A DNA stretch of 64,000 nt from Synergistaceae bacterium UBA5827 (GTDB lineage: Bacteria; Synergistota; Synergistia; Synergistales; 79-D21), in contig DJHE01000019.1 of NCBI GenBank assembly GCA_002432945.1, positions 101,928 through 165,927 of the forward strand, written 5' to 3'. Below are positions 58,930 to 64,000 of the stretch, piece after piece (position 1 is the first letter of the stretch; each line of letters begins with the position of its first letter). A program made the position numbers and the translations under genes. Under the pieces are notes generated by a model that made no database searches, was not told where the DNA came from, and saw nothing but the letters and a program-made list of their open reading frames with translations.

Positions 58930-59934
58930 ATGAAGACACGGAAATTTGAGCAAAAGGACTTTCTCTGGATCGGGCTGGTCTGCATGCTTGCCGCCCTCCC
59001 CCTTGTCCCAGGCCTGATCGGGAACTCCTTCCGCGCCCATGTCCTGATCCTCATCCTGCTCTACGCGAGCATGGCACAATCATGGAACATCGTCAGCGGC
59101 TACGCAGGCCAAGTTTCTTTCGGCCACTCAGTCTTTTTCGGGATCGGGGCCTACGGAGCGGGAATGGCCGTGGTCACCTACGGGCTAACCCCGTGGCCGG
59201 GCTTCCTTGCCGGTGCCGTCCTCGCCGCGGTTGTTTCCGTCCTCATCAGCTACCCGTGTTTCAAGCTGAAGGGACATTATTTTGCGATCGCGACCTTCGC
59301 CATCGTTGAGATTTTCAACCGCCTCTTCATGGTCTGGGATTGGGTCGGCGGGGCCTTGGGCCTGGATTACCCGATCCTGCCCGACGGATGGAAAAACTTC
59401 GTCTGGTCCGAGACGAAGGTCGGGTTCTTCTATGGGGCGCTGGCCCTTTTCGTCTTGATTTTCGGCATCGTCCGCTGGATCGAAACCCACCGTCTCGGCT
59501 ATTACCTCAGGGCCGTCCGGGAAGGGCAGGAAACTGCGGAATCCCTGGGCGTGAACAGCTCGGCCGTAAAGATTTCCGCCATGGCCTTCTCGGCTTTCCT
59601 GGCCGCACTTTGCGGCGGGTTCTTCGTGCAGTACAACTACCGCGTCGATCCTCCCATGGTCATGTCCCTGGACATGTCCATGAAATTCGTGCTCATCACG
59701 ATCCTCGGAGGAGTGGGAAACTTCTGGGGCCCCCTCCTGGGCGCGGCGATACTGATCCCCCTCCAGGAGTACTCCCGGGCCTACCTGACAGCCCTGGGAA
59801 GCGGCGTCGACCTGGTCATTTTCGGAATCATCATCATGCTGATGATGATCAAGCAACCCAAGGGAATCATGGGAATCCTTCAGGACCTCGGCCTCGGGGC
59901 CAAGGAAAGGAAACGGGAAGGGGAGGCAGACTGA
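58930..59934 (+). CDS. livM: branched-chain amino acid ABC transporter permease (LivM-like)
   Basis: ORF 58918..59934 (GTG); the first ATG is at 58930. Polytopic, with GYAGQVSFGHSVFFGIGAY motif. Confidence 0.9.
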   Translation: MKTRKFEQKDFLWIGLVCMLAALPLVPGLIGNSFRAHVLILILLYASMAQSWNIVSGYAGQVSFGHSVFFGIGAYGAGMAVVTYGLTPWPGFLAGAVLAAVVSVLISYPCFKLKGHYFAIATFAIVEIFNRLFMVWDWVGGALGLDYPILPDGWKNFVWSETKVGFFYGALALFVLIFGIVRWIETHRLGYYLRAVREGQETAESLGVNSSAVKISAMAFSAFLAALCGGFFVQYNYRVDPPMVMSLDMSMKFVLITILGGVGNFWGPLLGAAILIPLQEYSRAYLTALGSGVDLVIFGIIIMLMMIKQPKGIMGILQDLGLGAKERKREGEAD

Positions 59935-59935
59935 G

Positions 59936-60691
59936 ATGGCCCTTCTTGAAGTGCGCAACCTCACCATGAAGTTCGGCTCCCTGGTGGCCAACAGCGATGT
60001 CTCCTTCGACGTCGAGGCGGGGACGATCGTCGGCCTGATCGGGCCCAACGGTGCCGGCAAGACAACCCTTTTCAACTGCGTGGCGGGCTTTTACAAGCCG
60101 ACCGAGGGCACAATCTCCTTCGACGGCGATGACATCACGAGCCTTCCCGCCTACCGGATATCCAGGCTTGGAATGGCCCGGACCTTCCAGGTCGTCCGCC
60201 CCCTCAAGGAGATGACCGTCCTCGAAAACATCCTTGTCGGGGCCTATCTGCGCGAGGCGGATCCCGAGAAAGCGCTCGAGATCGCGGAAGGCTGCCTCAA
60301 AACCTGCTTTCTCGAGCAATTCAGGGAACGCCCCGCGGGGGGCTTGACCATCGGCAACAAGAAACGCCTGGAAGTCGCCCGTGCCCTTGCGACAAGGCCG
60401 AAACTCCTTCTGCTGGACGAAGCTGTGGCCGGCCTGACCTCGACCGAGGTCCGCCACATGGTGGACCTGATCAAGGGTTTAAGGGAAAGCGGCATCACGA
60501 TCCTCATGGTGGAACACATCATGGAGGCGATCATGCCGATCGCGGACAAGATCGTCGTCCTGGACAGCGGGATCAAGATCGCCGAAGATCGGCCGCAGGT
60601 CGTTGTTGAGGATGAAAATGTCATCAAGGCCTACTTCGGTGAAAAATTCAGCAAGAGGCTGAAGGCCATGAAGGATGGTGGCAGGGCATGA
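59936..60691 (+). CDS. livG: branched-chain amino acid ABC transporter ATP-binding protein (LivG-like)
   Basis: 251-aa ORF with Walker A GPNGAGKTT and Walker B LLLLDEAVAG. Confidence 0.9.
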   Translation: MALLEVRNLTMKFGSLVANSDVSFDVEAGTIVGLIGPNGAGKTTLFNCVAGFYKPTEGTISFDGDDITSLPAYRISRLGMARTFQVVRPLKEMTVLENILVGAYLREADPEKALEIAEGCLKTCFLEQFRERPAGGLTIGNKKRLEVARALATRPKLLLLDEAVAGLTSTEVRHMVDLIKGLRESGITILMVEHIMEAIMPIADKIVVLDSGIKIAEDRPQVVVEDENVIKAYFGEKFSKRLKAMKDGGRA

Positions 60692-61404
60692 GCGATGCGA
60701 TGCTGAGCGTCAACCAGATTCATTGCGCCTATGACTCGGTCCCGGTCATACACGGCATCTCCCTGGAGGTGAAAGAAGGTGAGATCGTGGCCATCGTCGG
60801 GGCCAACGGCGCAGGAAAATCCACGACCATGCGGACGATTGCGGGGCTCATGCACCCGGTAAAGGGAAACATAAACTTCTTGGGGGAAGACGTGACCCAG
60901 ACTCCCAGCTACGCAATGATCACGAAAGGAATCAGCTTTGTTCCCGAGGGCCGGCGGCTTTTTTCCAAGCTCACCGTGCGCGAGAATCTCGAGCTCGGAT
61001 CCTACATCGAAAAAAACCGTGCAGTGATCGACGAACGCCTTGAGGAAGTCTTCTCTCTCTTCCCCATCCTCAAGAAAAGGGAAAACCAGGTTGCCGAGAC
61101 GATGAGCGGCGGAGAGCAACAGATGTGCGCGATCGCCCGCGGGCTCATGTCAAGGCCGAAGCTTCTCATGCTGGACGAACTTTCCCTGGGGCTCATGCCC
61201 TCTCTCGTCGAAAAGGTCCTTGAAACGGTCGTGGAAATCAACCGCAAGGGAACGACCATCCTCCTCGTCGAACAGATGGTCCAGGAAGCCCTGGAAATCG
61301 CATCGAGGGGTTACGTGATCCAGACGGGGCGAATCGTCCAGGAAGGTTCCGCAAGGGATCTCCTCGAATCGGATTCGGTCCGCAAGGCTTACATGGGGCT
61401 CTAG
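60688..61404 (+). CDS. livF: branched-chain amino acid ABC transporter ATP-binding protein (LivF-like)
   Basis: 238-aa ORF with Walker A GANGAGKST, MSGGEQQMCAIARGL signature and LLMLDELSLGL Walker B. Confidence 0.9.
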   Translation: MSDAMLSVNQIHCAYDSVPVIHGISLEVKEGEIVAIVGANGAGKSTTMRTIAGLMHPVKGNINFLGEDVTQTPSYAMITKGISFVPEGRRLFSKLTVRENLELGSYIEKNRAVIDERLEEVFSLFPILKKRENQVAETMSGGEQQMCAIARGLMSRPKLLMLDELSLGLMPSLVEKVLETVVEINRKGTTILLVEQMVQEALEIASRGYVIQTGRIVQEGSARDLLESDSVRKAYMGL

Positions 61405-61423
61405 TTGAGCGAAACGGGAAAAA

Positions 61424-61457
61424 GGGGTGGCCGGCCAACTGCCGGCGACCCCTTTTT
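61424..61457 (+). terminator. intrinsic terminator of the liv-type operon
   Basis: GGGGTGGCCGGC-CAACT-GCCGGCGACCCC (12-bp stem, one mismatch) followed by TTTTT. Confidence 0.8.
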
Positions 61458-61530
61458 CCCTGGATGCAAAGCGCCCCTTCTGCTGGTATGCTTAGAAATG
61501 TGAAACAACTGCAACGGAGGGGATCTCGAC

Positions 61531-62307
61531 TTGAATTCCTGGAAAAAGTGGATGCTTGCCGCCCTTATGTCCTGCTTCCTTGCCTTGCCGGCTGGAGCTG
61601 CCACCCCCGCGGCGAAAGAGACGAAAGAATGGAATCCGAAGCCTTCAGAGCGCTGGATCGAAGTGGTAAAGAAAGAACGTCGCCTCTATCTCCGGCAGGG
61701 AGAAAAGGTGCTGAAGACTTATCGCGTGGCCATAGGCAGCGGGAAAGGAACCAAGAAAAGCCCCATCGACAAGATCACCCCTGTCGGGGTCTTCACGATT
61801 CGCCGGATCGCGGACCCGACGAACTGGATTTTCGACCCCAAGGTCTTCAATGAACCCGGAGAACCGCAAAAGGACGTTTACGGGAAATGGGCCATCAGCT
61901 TCAGGAACCCGTGGAACCTGGCCATTCACGGGACAAATGCCCCGTGGTCCATCGGGAAGGCCGTTACCCACGGCTGCATCCGGCTGAAAAACCCGGATAT
62001 CGAGGACCTGATCAAGCACGTCAAGCCGGGTATGAAGCTTGTCATCCGGGAGCAGCCGGTTTTTCCTGCAAAGGCGATGGAAGCGCCCCCGAAGGTTGCA
62101 AAACCGCTTCCGGCGCAGGCGGTTGAGATACCTTTGCCCCAGGCCAACCTCGAGTCCGCCGACTTGTCCCCCGCTGTTTCAGGGGACTTGCCCCCTGTAG
62201 TTTCAGGTGACTTGCTTCCTGGCGTTTCAAGTGACATCAAGCCCGAAAATATCACGCCCGAACCTTCGGCCCCGGTACAGGAGGAAACATCCCCACCCCA
62301 GGTTTGA
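61531..62307 (+). CDS. L,D-transpeptidase (YkuD domain) with repetitive C-terminal tail
   Basis: 258-aa ORF with a TTG start (RBS GGAGGGG 8 nt upstream) and a signal peptide. Catalytic motif HGTNAPWSIGKAVTHGCIRL. Confidence 0.85.
   Translation: MNSWKKWMLAALMSCFLALPAGAATPAAKETKEWNPKPSERWIEVVKKERRLYLRQGEKVLKTYRVAIGSGKGTKKSPIDKITPVGVFTIRRIADPTNWIFDPKVFNEPGEPQKDVYGKWAISFRNPWNLAIHGTNAPWSIGKAVTHGCIRLKNPDIEDLIKHVKPGMKLVIREQPVFPAKAMEAPPKVAKPLPAQAVEIPLPQANLESADLSPAVSGDLPPVVSGDLLPGVSSDIKPENITPEPSAPVQEETSPPQV
62161..62232 (+). repeat. 3 x 24-bp imperfect tandem repeat inside the L,D-transpeptidase 3' region
   Basis: GACTTGTCCCCCGCTGTTTCAGGG / GACTTGCCCCCTGTAGTTTCAGGT / GACTTGCTTCCTGGCGTTTCAAGT, encoding DLSPAVSG-DLPPVVSG-DLLPGVSS. 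Confidence 0.85.
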
Positions 62308-62332
62308 CCCGTTCGGCTAGCTCGGAACCGGG

Positions 62333-62974
62333 CTAAAGACGCCCTGCGGCTATCCTGCGAAGGATGATCCATGCTTCCGCTGATAGACCCCAAAGCGGCA
62401 TTTCGCCGCAATAATCCGCGGGATCTCCAAAACCCGCGAGGAAGCCGTTCACCCGGGCCGCTGTCGTGGAATCGACAAAGGACCGCTCTTCAGGGAAGAG
62501 TTCCCTGAAGGCCTTCATCAGGACGGGATCGCGACGCAACCGGTATTTCTGGTGGTAGTCTTCGGCCCGTGTGAAACCCGTGAAGGGAAGCACTTTCGTA
62601 ATCAAAGGACGGTCGACTGCGGAGGCAAGCCGTTTTCGGCTTTCCTCCGCTTCCCTTTCCTGGACCGGTGAATGGACGAAGATTAACGAAGCGTATTGGC
62701 GGGACCAAGCGGGCCGTGTCGGGTCATGGGATTCCCAGAAAAGATCCAGAAGCCGGCTGTAAGGGACGACTGCCGGGTCAAAGTCGACCTGGACAGACTC
62801 CGAATGATCTCCAATGTCATGGTAGGTCGGATTCGGGTAGGCGCCCCCCGCGTAGCCGACGCACGTGCGGAATACCCCATCGAGGCTCCCGAACCGGGAG
62901 TCCGGGCCCCAGAATCAGCCAAGGGCAAAGGTGGCGGTCTCAAGAAACCTGTCAGTTTCGCTTTTGTTTGTCAT
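62333..62974 (-). CDS. msrA: peptide-methionine (S)-S-oxide reductase MsrA with in-frame UGA (predicted selenocysteine) at the catalytic position, codon 20 (62917-62915)
   Basis: Own translation from ATG 62974 (RBS AAGGAGG): [46 protein letters not shown]...FWESHDPT...AEDYHQKY..., stop at 62333. It is a single frame of 214 codons. The TGA replaces the Cys of the GCFWG motif. The ORF track shows only the last 90 aa. Confidence 0.75.
62882..62904 (-). promoter_or_regulatory. candidate bacterial SECIS hairpin downstream of the msrA UGA
   Basis: mRNA reads UGA-UUCUGGGGCCCGGA-CUCCCG-GUU-CGGGAG-CCUC. It has a 6-bp perfect GC-rich apical stem (62900-62886) with a G-first loop starting 21 nt after the UGA, extendable by G-C and G-U pairs across one A.C mismatch. 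Confidence 0.5.
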
Positions 62975-64000
62975 GCCCCCTCCCCTCCTTCCGCTGAAGA
63001 ACTTTCTTCCTTCCAGGGCCTCCCTGGTGAACTCCCGCGGGGCGCACAAGGCAGTTCGGGCCCAGGCCGACCAAGTCCGGGCGACCCGCCTTGTAAAGGG
63101 CTTCCCTGACGAGATCCGCGTTCTTCGGGTCACGATACTGCAAGAGTGCCCTCTGGAGCCTTTTTTCATGCGCGGTTTTCGCCACGTACACCTTCTCGCC
63201 GGTTAGCGGATGAATCCCTGTGTAATACATGCAGGTTGAGAGCGTCCCTGGAGTAGGAATGAAATCCTGGACCTGCTCCGGATGCGTGCCGGTGTCCCGT
63301 AAAAACTCCGCCAGCTCGACGGCTTCCCTGAGACCTGCCCCGGGGTGGCTCGACATGAAATAGGGAACCAGGTACTGCTCTTTCCCAAGCTTGCGGTTTG
63401 CCCTCCCGTAAGCTTCCACGAACTGGAGGTAGGCACTCTTCCCGCTTTTTCCCATGAGATCGGTCACCTTCTGCGAAACATGCTCTGGAGCAACTTTCAG
63501 CTGGCCGCTGACATGGTGCTCGCAAAGCTCTGAAAGGAAGGGTTCAACCCCTCCCTCCAGCAGGTAGTCGTAGCGTATTCCCGAGCGAACAAAGACCTTC
63601 TTGATCCCGGGCAATCCCCGGATAGCCCTCAGGAGATCGAGGTATTCGGAATGATCGGTGTCGAGTTTCGGGCATGGGCTGCACCCCAGGCAATCGCGAC
63701 CTCGGCAGGTACCGCGTTCGAGCTGGTCGGCACAGGAGGGATGGCGGAAGTTTGCCGTCGGACCCCCGACATCATGAATGTACCCCTTGAAGTTGGGCAT
63801 CTTTGCCAGGAGGGTCGCTTCGTTCAGCAGGGACTCCTTGCTCCGGGATTGGATGATCCTCCCCTGGTGCGAAGAAATCGCGCAGAAGCTGCATGCCCCG
63901 AAACAGCCACGGTGGCTGACCAGGCTGAACTGGACCTCCTGGATGGCGGGAACGCCTCCTTCGGGTTCGTAATCCGGATGGAAAGTGCGGGCATAAGGCA
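62952..64000 (-). CDS. YgiQ-family radical SAM protein (UPF0313), C-terminal part; the 5' end lies beyond the window
   Basis: ORF 62952..63800 continues stop-free to the window edge in my translation: ...[63 protein letters not shown], which contains the CxxxCxxC motif. Its 3' end overlaps the msrA start by 23 nt. Confidence 0.85.
   Translation of the reverse strand, partial: PYARTFHPDYEPEGGVPAIQEVQFSLVSHRGCFGACSFCAISSHQGRIIQSRSKESLLNEATLLAKMPNFKGYIHDVGGPTANFRHPSCADQLERGTCRGRDCLGCSPCPKLDTDHSEYLDLLRAIRGLPGIKKVFVRSGIRYDYLLEGGVEPFLSELCEHHVSGQLKVAPEHVSQKVTDLMGKSGKSAYLQFVEAYGRANRKLGKEQYLVPYFMSSHPGAGLREAVELAEFLRDTGTHPEQVQDFIPTPGTLSTCMYYTGIHPLTGEKVYVAKTAHEKRLQRALLQYRDPKNADLVREALYKAGRPDLVGLGPNCLVRPAGVHQGGPGRKKVLQRKEGRGHDKQKRN

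Noticed and set aside
62308-62332. Possible bidirectional terminator between the convergent L,D-transpeptidase and msrA genes.
   Set aside because: The 25-bp spacer contains only a short GCTAGC-centred imperfect symmetry. There is no convincing stem and no T tract on either strand.
62333-62974. msrA interpreted as a pseudogene or split gene because of the internal TGA.
   Set aside because: There is only one disruption, and it falls precisely on the catalytic Cys codon. The frame is otherwise intact over 214 codons, all downstream motifs are preserved, and a hairpin sits at SECIS distance. Sec recoding explains this better than decay, although it still needs the Sec machinery to be confirmed elsewhere in the genome.
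62668-62997. ORFs 62668..62997 (+), 62683..62943 (-), 62696..63109 (+) and 62915..63169 (-) overlapping the msrA N-terminal half.
   Set aside because: These are alternative-frame or antisense artefacts. They appear in the track only because the true msrA frame is interrupted by the Sec-UGA. The last 19 codons of ORF 62915..63169 are actually the msrA N-terminus.

Overview
This 64-kb, GC-rich (roughly 60% by eye) bacterial chromosomal segment is almost entirely housekeeping core genome. I recognised no rRNA, tRNA, CRISPR array, IS element, prophage or known defence system. From 1 to about 50.8 kb, more than 45 genes lie on the minus strand in tightly packed, often 4-nt-overlapping arrays. In transcription order these are: malQ, spoVS, hisS-aspS, an lptA-like gene with lptB, murJ-hslO, tsaD, groES-groEL with a perfect CIRCE operator, guaA-larB, a membrane pyrophosphatase gene (hppA), dnaG-rpoD, rex, yajC-secDF, recJ-relA-dtd, radC-mreBCD-pbp2-minCDE-rodA, and RNase G-smc. 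The only plus-strand gene in that block is an orphan hydrogenase maturation protease. The last 13 kb has mixed orientation and holds an aminotransferase, a cassette of two Ddl-like ATP-grasp ligases plus a GNAT, two small hypothetical proteins, a yerC-like gene, an Rrf2 regulator divergent from a liv-type ABC importer, an L,D-transpeptidase, msrA and a YgiQ-type radical SAM gene. LPS-transport genes alongside Bacillota-like synteny and spoVS suggest a Synergistota-like or other diderm Bacillota-related organism, but this is low-confidence inference. The clearest non-routine signal is an in-frame TGA exactly at the catalytic Cys of MsrA, followed by a SECIS-like hairpin, which predicts a selenoprotein that gene callers would truncate. 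Other items worth follow-up are the ATP-grasp x2 + GNAT cassette, two uncharacterised radical-SAM modules, and a small zinc-ribbon protein with an N-terminal QLDLF (beta-clamp-binding-like) motif. Function calls come from motif and family recognition in the supplied translations. Start-codon refinements and all RNA or regulatory sites come from my own reading of the sequence. No database search was run.
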